The notes: generated from the sequence alone by a model not told the origin. A stretch of DNA of 44,551 nt from Verrucomicrobiota bacterium (GCA_049522055.1 JBEKOF010000002.1:1-44551); one strand, 5' to 3'. Shown: positions 27,265 through 37,150, counted from the first letter of the stretch. Translations and numbers: made by a program.

Positions 27265-29382
27265 TCATTTCAACTCATTCCAAAAAAACGCATAGACCAG
27301 CGTTTCCATGAAGGCGGTTTGGGCGTTGTTGGCGGCGGCGCCGTGGCCGCCTTCGGTGTTCTCGAAGTAGAGAACCCGGTGGCCCATTTCCTCCAGGCGG
27401 GCCGCCATTTTGCGCGCGTGGCCGGGATGCACCCGGTCGTCCAGAGTTGAGGTGGTGATCAAAACCGGGGGATATTTCTGGTCGCGCCGCGCGTTTTGGT
27501 AGGGGGAAAACTTTTGGAGATATTGCCAATCTTCCGGATTGTCCGGGTCGCCGTACTCGCCCATCCAGCTCGCCCCGGCCAGGAGCCTGTGGTAGCGCCG
27601 CATGTCCAGCAGCGGCGAACCGCAATGCACCGCGCCAAAAAGATCGGGGCGCTCAGTCAGCATCACTCCCATGAGCAGCCCGCCGTTGGACCGCCCTTCG
27701 ATGCCCAGATGCCTGGGCGAAGTCACCCCGCGCCCGATCAAGTCCTCCGCCACCGCGATGAAATCGTCGTAAGCCCTCTGGCGGTGTTCCTTGATCGCCG
27801 CATTATGCCAGTCGGGGCCGAACTCGCCGCCGCCGCGGATGTTGGCCAGGACATAAACCCCGCCCCGCTCCAGCCACGCCGCGCCCGCGAGCGGATTATA
27901 ATGGGGCGGCATCGAAATCTCAAACCCGCCGTACCCTGTCAGCAACGTCACATTTCTGCCGTCCAAAGCAAGTGCCTTCCGGCTGACCTGAAAATAAGGA
28001 ATTCGCGTGCCGTCCGCCGAGGCCGCCTCATGCTGCGCCACTTCCAGCACGGAGGTGTTGAAAAAGTCGGGCAAGGCTCTGATTTTTTCGCTCCCGGCCC
28101 GGCCCGCCATCCCCAGGCACAAACTGGAGGGCGTCAGAAATCCCGCCACTCTGATAAAGCACGCGTCCGACGCCTCCGGGTCAATCCCTTCCACGCTGGC
28201 CGTTGCAAAGGGAGGAACATCCAGCGGGGTTTCTTGCCATTGGCCCCCGCTCCAGCGCGCCAGCATGGGGCGGCTGCGCACGTTGTCCAACTCGTTGAGC
28301 ACAAGATAATTCTTCGTCGCGCTGGTGGATTCGAGCGAGGTCCGTTCCTCCGGCGCGAACAAGACCGCAAAATGCCGATCCCCTCCCAGATAGGCTTCCA
28401 GTTTGTCCGCCAGCAGCGCGCCGGCGGGATAAGTTTTGCCGCCGGCCTCCCAAGGGGAGCGCAATCGCAGCAAAATATATTTGTCAAACGTGTCCGCGAC
28501 GGCGTCGTCCGGCTTGTCTATCCGCGTCCAGCCGTCCTTCCGGCGCAGCCAGGTTTCTTCTGTATAAGTAGTGATGGCGCGTCCGATGAATTCGTAAATC
28601 TGCCCGTGATCATGCGCGACCGACACACCCACCGCCACATCCTCCGGTTTCCCGGAAAACACCTCGCGCGCGGCGCTCAAGGGCGTGCCCCGCGTCCATT
28701 CCTTGACGATGCGCGGATAGCCCGAGGCCGTCAGCGACCCGGGACCGAAATCCGACGCGACATATAAAGAGTCCCGGTTGCGCCAGGCGACTTTGCTCTT
28801 GGCCTCCGGCAGCGCGAAGCCGTCGCGGAGAAACTGTTTGCGATTCAGATCAAACTCGCGCGCCACCGCCGCGTCCGCCCCGCCTCGCGACAAGAGGATC
28901 ATGCCGCGGTCGCAGCCGGGCTTGAGGAATTCGCAGATCTGCAAGACCCAGTTCTCCTTTTCCTCGCCCGCCAGTTGGTCGAGATCCAGCACCGTTTCCC
29001 ACGCCGGGCTGGCCTTCTTGTACTCCTCCAGCGTGGTGCGGCGGAAAAGCCCGCGCGGATTCCGGGCGTCGCGCCAGAAGTTATAATAAAATTTGCCCTC
29101 TTTTTCGACGTACGGGATTCGCTCGCTGGAATTCAAGATGCCGAGCAGACGCTGCCGCGTGGCGTCAAAATCGGGCAAAGCCTCCAGCGCGTTGGTGCTG
29201 GCGGCATTTTGCCGCGCCACCCAATCCAGCGCCCGCTGTCCCGCGACATCCTCCAGCCAGAGATACGGGTCCTCCGGCGTGGCGGCGGCATTGGTTTCCT
29301 CCGCCGCGCGGGCCGTCCCAGGCGCGACCAGGAGAAGGAGCGCGAGGATCCGCTGAAGCCAAGCTGCCAAGGTTCTGGTCAT
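27265..29382 (-). CDS. Prolyl oligopeptidase (S9A), exported
   Basis: Signal peptide, DPYLWLED, GYGGF, NIRGGGEFG, GRSNGG nucleophile, DDRVHP, GGHG. GGAG lies just upstream of ATG 29382. Confidence 0.95.
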   Translation of the reverse strand: MTRTLAAWLQRILALLLLVAPGTARAAEETNAAATPEDPYLWLEDVAGQRALDWVARQNAASTNALEALPDFDATRQRLLGILNSSERIPYVEKEGKFYYNFWRDARNPRGLFRRTTLEEYKKASPAWETVLDLDQLAGEEKENWVLQICEFLKPGCDRGMILLSRGGADAAVAREFDLNRKQFLRDGFALPEAKSKVAWRNRDSLYVASDFGPGSLTASGYPRIVKEWTRGTPLSAAREVFSGKPEDVAVGVSVAHDHGQIYEFIGRAITTYTEETWLRRKDGWTRIDKPDDAVADTFDKYILLRLRSPWEAGGKTYPAGALLADKLEAYLGGDRHFAVLFAPEERTSLESTSATKNYLVLNELDNVRSRPMLARWSGGQWQETPLDVPPFATASVEGIDPEASDACFIRVAGFLTPSSLCLGMAGRAGSEKIRALPDFFNTSVLEVAQHEAASADGTRIPYFQVSRKALALDGRNVTLLTGYGGFEISMPPHYNPLAGAAWLERGGVYVLANIRGGGEFGPDWHNAAIKEHRQRAYDDFIAVAEDLIGRGVTSPRHLGIEGRSNGGLLMGVMLTERPDLFGAVHCGSPLLDMRRYHRLLAGASWMGEYGDPDNPEDWQYLQKFSPYQNARRDQKYPPVLITTSTLDDRVHPGHARKMAARLEEMGHRVLYFENTEGGHGAAANNAQTAFMETLVYAFFWNELK

Positions 29383-29389
29383 TTTCTCC

Positions 29390-29527
29390 AAAAGAAAAGA
29401 AAATGCGCGACGAAGTCCTAATGAGCGCTCCCGAAGCGGGATCAAAGTTCGTCTAGCGAATAAGTCCTGACGCCCCGGCACAAAGATCTCGAAGCCGGCA
29501 CTTGGACTCAGGCTCTTTCGTCGCGCA
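29390..29527 (-). ncRNA. Putative structured non-coding RNA or cis-regulatory leader, family unassigned
   Basis: 11-bp closing stem TGCGCGACGAA/TTCGTCGCGCA, internal hairpins, TTTTCTTTTCTTTT tail, and an extended -10 TGCTAGGCT (29541-29533) placing the TSS at the stem start. Confidence 0.6.
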
Positions 29528-29641
29528 ACTAAAGCCTAGCACGATTTATCGCGGCGGGAAGCGAAAGTTATTCACCGCGGCGCCTCAATCTAAAACAGCT
29601 TCTTCTCCGTCGCGCCGTTTCGTCGGGCCGAAGATCATCGC

Positions 29642-31090
29642 TCATGCCGCCGCGCGAGAGACGGCTAGGTCCACCTTGCGCTGTTTGAGGCTTTTGAAAA
29701 ACTCGAAGCCTTCGCGGCAGCGCCGCGCAAAAATGTCCTTGTCCTCCAGCATCGTTTTGAGGATGCGCAAGATCGGCTTGGGCCGCAAATAATAGGCGCG
29801 ATAAAACCGGTCCACCGCCTCAAAGATGTCGTCCTTGCTCAGGCCCGGATATTCCAGCGAGCTTTGCTGGAAGCCATCCTCATGCACGATGTCCGTCTTG
29901 TCCTGTTTGGCAAACCAGCCGTTCTGCCGGGCCATGTCGTAGAGTTCGGTGCCGGGGTATGGGGCGGCCAGCGACACCTGGATGCTGAAGACATCCAGGT
30001 CCATCGCGAAACGGATGGTTTGTTCGATGGTCTCCCGAGTCTCCACTGGCAGGCCCAGAATAAAAGTGCCGTGAATCACCACGCCGGCCTTGTGACAGGC
30101 CCGGGTGAAGCGCCGGGCCTCGTCCAGCCCAATGCCTTTCTTGATGCGATTGAGAATCTCCTGGTTGCCGCTTTCGTAACCCACCAAAAAGAGGCGCAGC
30201 CCGGATTCCTTGAACGACTTGATCGTGTCGTAGTCCAGATTGGCGCGGCTGTTGCACGACCACGTCAAACCCAGCGGCGCGAGCCTTTTGGCGATCTCCC
30301 GCGCCCGCGGCAGGTTGGCCGTGAAGGTGTCGTCGTCGAAGAAAAACTCGCGGACCTGGGGGAAAATATTTTTGGCGTGGGCCATTTCCGCGGCCACGTT
30401 TCCCGGCGAGCGCGCGCGGTACTTGTGGCCGCCGATGGTTTGGGGCCAGAGGCAGAACGTGCATTGGGCCGGACAGCCCCGGCCGGTGTAAAGGCTCAGA
30501 TAGGGATGGAGCAGGTAGCCGATGAAATATTTTTCGATTTGCAGGTCGCGCTTATAAGTATCCACCACCCAGGGCAGCACATCCATGTCGGAGATCATCT
30601 CCCGCTCGCGATTATGGACGATTTTCCCTTCGCGGTTGCGATAGGACAGCCCGTCAATGCTGGAGAGCGGCCGTCCTTCGGCGACTTCCTTGCAAGTGAA
30701 ATCAAACTCCTTGCGCCCCACCCAGTCAATGGCCGTGGAGGCCTTTAATGTTTCCGCCGGCAACACCGCCGCATGGGCACCGATGAAGCCGATTTTGGTG
30801 TCTGGCTTTTGCCGCTTGATCGCTTCGGCCACCTGGCAATCATTCTTCAGCGAAGGGGTGGAAGTGTGGATGATGACGTGGTCAAATGTCCGCGCCGCCT
30901 CCAGGCACTGCCGGACGCCGATGTCGTGGGGCGGGCAATCCATCAACTTGCTGTCGGGCACCAAGGCGGCCGGCTGGGCCAGCCAGGTGGGATACCAAAA
31001 GGAGGTGACTTCGCGGCGCGCCTGGTAGCGCGAGCCGGCCCCGCCATCAAACCCGTCAAAACTCGGAGGCGAAAGAAACAGTGTCTTCAT
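29642..31090 (-). CDS. hpnJ: Hopanoid biosynthesis-associated radical SAM protein
   Basis: MKTLFLSPPSFDGFDGGAGSRYQARRE..FWYPTWLAQPAALVP N-terminus, GRGCPAQCTFC, FFDDDTF. Confidence 0.93.
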   Translation of the reverse strand: MKTLFLSPPSFDGFDGGAGSRYQARREVTSFWYPTWLAQPAALVPDSKLMDCPPHDIGVRQCLEAARTFDHVIIHTSTPSLKNDCQVAEAIKRQKPDTKIGFIGAHAAVLPAETLKASTAIDWVGRKEFDFTCKEVAEGRPLSSIDGLSYRNREGKIVHNREREMISDMDVLPWVVDTYKRDLQIEKYFIGYLLHPYLSLYTGRGCPAQCTFCLWPQTIGGHKYRARSPGNVAAEMAHAKNIFPQVREFFFDDDTFTANLPRAREIAKRLAPLGLTWSCNSRANLDYDTIKSFKESGLRLFLVGYESGNQEILNRIKKGIGLDEARRFTRACHKAGVVIHGTFILGLPVETRETIEQTIRFAMDLDVFSIQVSLAAPYPGTELYDMARQNGWFAKQDKTDIVHEDGFQQSSLEYPGLSKDDIFEAVDRFYRAYYLRPKPILRILKTMLEDKDIFARRCREGFEFFKSLKQRKVDLAVSRAAA

Positions 31091-31109
31091 TCAGTTTGCT
31101 TGACCCTGT

Positions 31110-32450
31110 TTAATCTTTCTCCTTCTTGCCAATCCTGGCCATCAACGCGTCCCTCTGCGCCGTGCCGCCGGAACCGCAGCCGCCGTTGGCGGCGGCGATC
31201 GCTGCCTTGGCTTCCGCCAGATGGCCCTTGCCGACGCTAAATCCGTTGAAGGCGTTGACGCTCCGGCCCTGAAGATAGGGCTTGGGCTTGGCGCCAAAAT
31301 TGTAAGTCATGTTCTTCCAGGCATCGCTCAGCTTGGGGCTAAGGGCGCCGCTGGGATCGTAACCGCAATGGACCATGCAATTCTCGCAGCGGGGATCGCG
31401 CGCCACGCCGTCCACCACGCCGTATTTGTCCCAATCCACTTTCCGCAGCATCTCCTGGTAGCCCGCATAATGGCCGTCGGTCATCAGGTAGCAGGGGGCC
31501 TTCCAGCCGCGGATGTTGCGGGTGGGGATGGCCCAGGCCGTGCAGGTCAGCTCGCGCTTGCCCGCCAGAAACTCCTGGTAAACCCGCGTCCCGATAATGG
31601 TGAAACGATCGCCCCACTTCTCGATGTCCTTGAATTTTTCCCGCGTCATCTCCCGGGTCAGGAAGAAATCCTCCGGCTGTTTTCCCAGGCGCTGGACCAT
31701 GTCCTTTTTCGCCGCGTCGTATTCATAGCCCGGCGAAATGGTGTGGGCGTCCACCGCCAAGGAGGAGAAAAACTCGAACATTCCCTCGATTTCCTGGACC
31801 TCGGTTTCCTTGTAAACCGTCGTGTTGGTGGCCACTTGGTAGCCCAGAATCTTCGCCATTTTGATGGCCTCGACGCATTCCTTGAACACGCCTTCCCGCT
31901 CGACAATCAGGTCGTGCGTGTATTCCAGGCCGTCAATATGAACATTCCAGTACAATCGCCGCGTCGGGCGAATCGCCGGACGGCCGTCCACTTTGCCTTT
32001 GCGAATGGTTTCCGCGTCCTTGTCGGTGATCAACTTCTCGCCGAGCAGCCGGCTCAGGGTCGCCTCCTCTTTGCGGCTGTAATGGGCCGCCAGATAATCC
32101 CTCATTTTCTTCCGCATGAACATCCCGTTGGTGCAGACATAGACCAGGCGGCCCTGCTTGAGCAATCCGGCGGTCAGCTCTTCAATTTTGGGATAAATCA
32201 ACGGTTCCCCGCCGCAAATGGAGACCATGGGGGCATCGCACTCCCGCGCCGAGGCCAGACAATCCTCCAGCGTCATCATGTCTTTGAGATTGGTCGAGTA
32301 TTCGCGGATGCGCCCGCAACCGGTGCAAGTCAAATTGCAGGTGTGCAACGGCTCCAGTTGCAGCACCAGCGCGAATTTTGGCGTGCGTCTTATTTTGTGC
32401 TTGACGATGTGCGCGGCAATTCTTGCCATCCAAGTGAGTGGGAATCGCAT
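31110..32450 (-). CDS. hpnH: Adenosylhopane synthase-like radical SAM (DUF3463)
   Basis: LEPLHTCNLTCTGCGRI, VSICGGEPL, DPRCENCMVHCGY. Adjacent to hpnJ. Confidence 0.85.
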   Translation of the reverse strand: MRFPLTWMARIAAHIVKHKIRRTPKFALVLQLEPLHTCNLTCTGCGRIREYSTNLKDMMTLEDCLASARECDAPMVSICGGEPLIYPKIEELTAGLLKQGRLVYVCTNGMFMRKKMRDYLAAHYSRKEEATLSRLLGEKLITDKDAETIRKGKVDGRPAIRPTRRLYWNVHIDGLEYTHDLIVEREGVFKECVEAIKMAKILGYQVATNTTVYKETEVQEIEGMFEFFSSLAVDAHTISPGYEYDAAKKDMVQRLGKQPEDFFLTREMTREKFKDIEKWGDRFTIIGTRVYQEFLAGKRELTCTAWAIPTRNIRGWKAPCYLMTDGHYAGYQEMLRKVDWDKYGVVDGVARDPRCENCMVHCGYDPSGALSPKLSDAWKNMTYNFGAKPKPYLQGRSVNAFNGFSVGKGHLAEAKAAIAAANGGCGSGGTAQRDALMARIGKKEKD

Positions 32451-32455
32451 AGTTT

Positions 32456-32659
32456 TTAATCAGCTTGGGCCGGGGTCCAGTTTGCGGCCGTTTGGCCCGG
32501 TCCGGACGCTTGTTGTGGAGCGGGTTTCGACTGCGCAAAGGCCGGCAGGAACATCAGCGGCGACACGCTGGGGGCGGCGTAAAAGCCGCCACAGCCCGTC
32601 CCGATGAGGAGCAGGGCAAAAAACATGGCCAGAACCCTGGCTGTCGAACCAATTTTCAC
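32456..32659 (-). CDS. Small putative lipoprotein
   Basis: Hydrophobic leader ending LLLIGTGC; fills the gap between gpsA and hpnH, ending 5 nt before hpnH. Start uncertain. Confidence 0.55.
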   Translation of the reverse strand: MKIGSTARVLAMFFALLLIGTGCGGFYAAPSVSPLMFLPAFAQSKPAPQQASGPGQTAANWTPAQAD

Positions 32660-32711
32660 CCCGACAGCTTAGGCCAGGATTAGAAATTGGCAACACCTAT
32701 TATGGAGAATC

Positions 32712-33692
32712 CTAATCCTCGGGTTTCATGTCCCGGCCCATCAGGGATTGGACGGCTTGCCGGATGTCCTTGTTTTCATAGAGCATGGCATAGACTTCGC
32801 GCACAATCGGCGTCTGGCTCCCCAGCCGGCCCGCCAAATGATGCGCGGATCGCGCCGTGGGATAGCCTTCCACTACCGCCCTGGTCCCGGCCAGAATCTC
32901 GTCCACTTTTTCTCCGCGCCCAACTCGTTCGCCAAAGTTGCGGTTGCGGCTCAGGCGCGAAAAGCACGTGCCCGTCAAATCACCCAAGCCGCTCAGACCG
33001 GAGAAGGTGTCGGCGCAAGCGCCGCAAGCCACGCCCAGGCGGCGGATCTCCGCCATCGCCCGGGTGATGAGGGCGGCCTTGGTGTTGTCGCCGTAGCCCA
33101 ATCCGTCGCCAACCCCCGCCGCGATGGCGACGACGTTTTTGAGCGCGCCGCCCAGTTCCACTCCCAACAGATCGCCGCTGCTATAAACCCGGAAGGTCGG
33201 GCAATGGAAAAGCCGTTGAATTCTTTTCGCGACCAGCGGTTCGGGATGGGCCGCCACAATGGCCCCGGGAATTCCCCGCGCCACTTCCAACGCAAAGCTC
33301 GGCCCGGAAAGCGCCGCCGCGGTGCAGGCCGGCATGGTCGCCTTCAAGATGCCAGACATGGTCAGACCCGTTTGGTCTTCGATTCCCTTGGTCACGCTGA
33401 CAGCAATGCCGCTGAAGCCGGGAATGCGCGCCGTGACTTCGCGCAGGAATTTCGACGGCACCGCCACCACCAGGCACTCGGCGGGCGCGACCGCCAGGCC
33501 CAGGTCCGGCTCATATTTCAATTCGGGAGAAAGAGGGATGCCGGGCAAATAAACCGCGTTGCTCCCGGCGCGCTGGACGCTTTGAAGATGACCGGCATTG
33601 TGTCCCCAAAGGGTGACCGCGTTGCCGTTTTGGCAAAGCAAATTCGCCAGGGCGGTCCCCCAGGCGCCGGCTCCCAGGACGGTGACATTCAT
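32712..33692 (-). CDS. gpsA: NAD(P)H-dependent glycerol-3-phosphate dehydrogenase
   Basis: MNVTVLGAGAWGTALA, SVTKGIE, SGPSFA, GGALKNVVAIAAG, GLSGLGDL, SRNR. Start overlaps the plsY stop. Confidence 0.96.
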   Translation of the reverse strand: MNVTVLGAGAWGTALANLLCQNGNAVTLWGHNAGHLQSVQRAGSNAVYLPGIPLSPELKYEPDLGLAVAPAECLVVAVPSKFLREVTARIPGFSGIAVSVTKGIEDQTGLTMSGILKATMPACTAAALSGPSFALEVARGIPGAIVAAHPEPLVAKRIQRLFHCPTFRVYSSGDLLGVELGGALKNVVAIAAGVGDGLGYGDNTKAALITRAMAEIRRLGVACGACADTFSGLSGLGDLTGTCFSRLSRNRNFGERVGRGEKVDEILAGTRAVVEGYPTARSAHHLAGRLGSQTPIVREVYAMLYENKDIRQAVQSLMGRDMKPED

Positions 33693-34315
33693 GGCAAGCT
33701 TGGGTGGCGGCTTTTCCCGGCGCGGTTTTCGGTCCCGGTGAGGAGGCGTCGGATATTGCCCTTGTGTTTGTATATGGCCAAAACGGCCAGGGCTGCCATG
33801 ACGAATGTCATTTCCCGCCCTTTGCCGGAAAACCACACGGCCAGAGGCAAAACCACGGCCGCCACGATGGACGCCGCCGAAACATACTTGGTGGAGACAA
33901 AGACAATCCCCCAAATGGCCAGCGTGGCCAGGCAGGCCGCCGGCGCCCAAGCGATCCCGACGCCTGCCGAGGTGGCGATCCCCTTGCCCCCTTTGAATTT
34001 GAGCCAGCAGGGATACATGTGGCCAAGCACAACCGCCGCCCCCGCCGCCAGGGCTAGGTCTTGCCGCGACGGCCCGGGAAAAAACTGCGCCACCAGCGGC
34101 GGAATCCATCGGGCGGCCGCGAATCCTTTGAGGGCATCTACCGCCAGCACGGCAGTGCCAGCCGTCTTGCCGAGCACCCGGAACACATTGGTGGCGCCGA
34201 TATTGCCGCTGCCGGCCACGCGGATGTCCACGCCGCGCAATTTGCCCGCCAGATACCCCGACGGCAACGAGCCGATGAAGTACGAGATAATAATCGTCAA
34301 ACTGTAAGCGCCCAT
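33689..34315 (-). CDS. plsY: Glycerol-3-phosphate acyltransferase
   Basis: SYFIGSLP, DIR..GSGNIGATNVFR, DALKG, GHMYP..KFKGGKGIAT, HKGNIRRL. Confidence 0.96.
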   Translation of the reverse strand: MGAYSLTIIISYFIGSLPSGYLAGKLRGVDIRVAGSGNIGATNVFRVLGKTAGTAVLAVDALKGFAAARWIPPLVAQFFPGPSRQDLALAAGAAVVLGHMYPCWLKFKGGKGIATSAGVGIAWAPAACLATLAIWGIVFVSTKYVSAASIVAAVVLPLAVWFSGKGREMTFVMAALAVLAIYKHKGNIRRLLTGTENRAGKSRHPSLP

Positions 34316-34581
34316 TTCCAAGTGATCCAGCATTCAATGCTTCATTGTCAAAGAGGAAGAATGCCGTCCACCATGAAAGTATAAAGCCAAAAATGGCCGG
34401 GGACGGGGAAAGGTTGAACTCCAAAATCCACCTCCACCGCCGCGGCTGCGCGGATATCCTCGGTCTGGAAAAAGCGGCATGGATGTGCGACTCTCCAGGC
34501 CTGGATGAAGAACACTGCAATTCACAACAACGCGCGGGTCCGCCCCCGGGATTCCGCGCCCATTCCCGCGCAGCCACTGGC

Positions 34582-35475
34582 ATGAACTCCAAGAACACCA
34601 AACCTCGCGTTGCTTTTATGGGCCTCGGCATCATGGGCTCCGGCATGGCCCGCCGCCTTCTGGCGGCCGGCTTTCCGCTCGCCGTTTTTAATCGCGACCC
34701 CTCCAAATCCGCCCCCTTTGCCGCCGAAGGCGCGCGCGTGGCCCCCACCCCGCGCGACGCCGCCACCGGCGCTTCCATCATCATCAGCATGGTCGCCGAT
34801 GACGCCGCTTCCCGCGCGCTATGGCTCGGAGAAAATGGTGCCTTGGCCGCCGCTTCCCCAGGCGCCGTCATCATCGAATGCAGCACCGTGACCGTCGCCT
34901 GCGTCCACGAACTCTCCGCCGCCGCGACGGCGCGAGGCTGCGAGATGCTCGACGCGCCCGTCACCGGCAGCAAGCCCCAAGCCGCCTCCGGCGAACTGAC
35001 CTTCCTGGTGGGCGGGGCGGAGGCGGCCCTGGAAAAAGCCCGTTCCCTCCTTTCCGTCATGGGGCGCTCCATCGTTCATGTGGGCCCGGTGGGCGGCGGC
35101 GCCCTGCTCAAGCTCATCAACAACTTCCTCTGCGGCGTCCAAACCGCCTCGCTGGCCGAGGGGCTGGCCCTGATCGAGCGTTCCGGGCTGGATCGCGCCC
35201 GCGCCCTGGAAGTTCTTGCCACGGGCGCTCCCGGCAGCCCGGCTGTCAAGAACTTTTCCGCCCGCATGGCCGCCCGCGATTACACCCCGCTCTTCCGCCT
35301 GCGCCTCATGGCCAAAGACCTCCGTTATGCCTGCCAGGAAGCCGCCCGCCGCGAGATGGAATTGGTCACGGCCGCCGCCGCCTTGCGCCTCTTTGATAAA
35401 TCCCTGGCCGCCGGCGACGGCGACAAAGACGTCTCCTCCCTCGTCGAGCAATTCCGCTCGAACCGCAAAACCTGA
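34582..35475 (+). CDS. 3-hydroxyisobutyrate dehydrogenase-family NAD(P)-dependent oxidoreductase
   Basis: FMGLGIMGSGMA, DAPVTGS, LTFLVGG, KLINN, MAKDL. Confidence 0.9.
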   Translation: MNSKNTKPRVAFMGLGIMGSGMARRLLAAGFPLAVFNRDPSKSAPFAAEGARVAPTPRDAATGASIIISMVADDAASRALWLGENGALAAASPGAVIIECSTVTVACVHELSAAATARGCEMLDAPVTGSKPQAASGELTFLVGGAEAALEKARSLLSVMGRSIVHVGPVGGGALLKLINNFLCGVQTASLAEGLALIERSGLDRARALEVLATGAPGSPAVKNFSARMAARDYTPLFRLRLMAKDLRYACQEAARREMELVTAAAALRLFDKSLAAGDGDKDVSSLVEQFRSNRKT

Positions 35476-35537
35476 ACCAAACATGCAGTCCTGTTGACCA
35501 AGCGCCCCGCTGGCGGGCGATCATACCGTGGGCGCTT

Positions 35538-36767
35538 TCATGGATTGTTCCACAGACCCGTCAATTTGATGATGGCGGCGGCAGCCCGCCGGGCCGCGCC
35601 CGGGCCGCCCAGCATTTGAACGATTTGGCCCAGTTTCGCGCGCACTTGATCCCGCCGCTCCCGGCTGCCCAGCAATTCCATCACCGCGGCCGAGATCTTC
35701 CCCGCCGTGGCCTGGCCTTGAATAAACTCCGGATAGACGGCCTCATCCGCCAGCAGATTAGGCATGGCCAGGTACTTCACATTCACCATCCATCGCCCCA
35801 CCAGATAAGTGCCCCAATCGGTCTTGTAAATCACCACCGCCGGCACGCCGAAGAAAGCGCACTCCATGGTAATGGTTCCGCTTTTGGCAACCGCGACCGT
35901 CGCGCCGAGAAGCGCCTCCTTGAGTCCGCCAATTTGCAAGTCAATCCTCGGCGGGCCATCCGGCAACAGCCTCCTCGCCACCCCGGCCAGGGCCTCATTC
36001 GGAACCACCATACGAAAACGCGCCTGCTGTTTGGCCACAATCAATTGCGCCGCCGCCAGCATCACCGGCACATGCCTCTTCAATTCTCCGCGCCGGCTGC
36101 CCGGCAGCAGCAGCACCACCGGCGGCTGCGCTTCCTCCGCCCTGGAAACTCCCCGGGGCGGACCTTCCGGGTAGCGGTCGAAAATCGGGTTCCCGACGTA
36201 TTCCACCGCCAATTGCGGCACCCGGCTGGCGTACCATTTTCTCTCGAACGGAAACAGCGAAATCAGCAGATCGCAGTTCCTGGCTATCATCTTCGCCCGG
36301 CCGGGCCGCGAGGCCCAGACCTGGGGCGAAATGAACTGCACAATCTTCGGCTTCCAATTGAAAAAACGACCCGCCCGCGCCCGCGCGTAATTCTTGAGCG
36401 CGCGCGCCAGACGCAAATTGAACTCGCCGTAGTCCACCAGGATAATCAATTCCGGCTGCCGCTCCACCGCCAGCCGCTTGACCTCCTGGAATCGCCGCAT
36501 CAGCCCCGGCAGCTTATGGGCCAGCCCCCCCGGGCCGATGACCGAATCGGCTGTCAAATCGAAAGCCAGCTCCACCCCCGCCGCCGCCATTTTCGGCCCG
36601 CCCGCCCCGAAAAAACGGGGGGCCAGCGGCGCCGTCAGCGGCTGGGCGTCGCGGGTGATTTTGAATTGGGCCGCCGGCACGGCCAGCGCCAGCGCCCGGA
36701 CCAGGTCCGCCGCGTTGGCGTCCCCGCTCGGATCGCCCGCCACGAGCATGATCTCCGGGCGTTTCAT
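35538..36767 (-). CDS. lpxB: Lipid-A-disaccharide synthase
   Basis: MLVAGDPSGD, ISPQVWASR, LFPFE, LLPGSRRGE, KSGTITME, MPNLLA. Start overlaps the upstream gene stop. Confidence 0.93.
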   Translation of the reverse strand: MKRPEIMLVAGDPSGDANAADLVRALALAVPAAQFKITRDAQPLTAPLAPRFFGAGGPKMAAAGVELAFDLTADSVIGPGGLAHKLPGLMRRFQEVKRLAVERQPELIILVDYGEFNLRLARALKNYARARAGRFFNWKPKIVQFISPQVWASRPGRAKMIARNCDLLISLFPFERKWYASRVPQLAVEYVGNPIFDRYPEGPPRGVSRAEEAQPPVVLLLPGSRRGELKRHVPVMLAAAQLIVAKQQARFRMVVPNEALAGVARRLLPDGPPRIDLQIGGLKEALLGATVAVAKSGTITMECAFFGVPAVVIYKTDWGTYLVGRWMVNVKYLAMPNLLADEAVYPEFIQGQATAGKISAAVMELLGSRERRDQVRAKLGQIVQMLGGPGAARRAAAAIIKLTGLWNNP

Positions 36768-37147
36768 CGCGCCAACTCCGCTTTCACGCTGCGCAAAAAC
36801 TCCGCGAACTTGAAAGGAATCATCGTCGCCGCCAGTCCGCTCAGAAAATTCACTCCCGCGGCCGCGCCGCGCATCGCCGGCGGCGGCAGGGCGGCCACCC
36901 ACCTTCCATCCTCCAAACTGGCAAAAGCCGCGGGGATGGGAAAGCCGGTCACGCGCATCTTGTCCCCCCAATTATATTCCACAAAAAAGGACAGCCAAAC
37001 CCCCAGCGCCGCGCCGAGCGCCGCCGTCCCCGCCAGGCGCGGCCACGCCCCCGCGCGCGCCCACCGGTGGAACTGTGTTTTTCCGGTCGTGGCCAGAAGC
37101 CAGAAATCCAACGCCAGCACCGGAAGAATAATGATGAGGCCGCCCAC
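36764..37147 (-). CDS. Small membrane protein (about 3 TM) in the lpxB operon
   Basis: Hydrophobic segments; tightly packed between the Gfo/Idh/MocA gene and lpxB. Confidence 0.65.
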   Translation of the reverse strand: MGGLIIILPVLALDFWLLATTGKTQFHRWARAGAWPRLAGTAALGAALGVWLSFFVEYNWGDKMRVTGFPIPAAFASLEDGRWVAALPPPAMRGAAAGVNFLSGLAATMIPFKFAEFLRSVKAELAR

Positions 37148-37150
37148 GGT

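Noticed and set aside
29390-29527. Lysine riboswitch (GGAGCGCT) or SRP RNA assignment
   Set aside because: Lacks the AGAGG(U/C)GC start and the length of a lysine riboswitch; lacks the SRP CAGG..GGAA..AGCAG domain IV.
32712-35072. 786-aa ORF suggesting a long gpsA fusion
   Set aside because: GpsA homology starts at ATG 33692. The extension overlaps plsY in another frame and the opposite-strand dehydrogenase.
35500-35537. AAGCGCCC...GGGCGCTT hairpin between convergent genes as a terminator
   Set aside because: Large loop and weak U-tracts; not enough support to list.
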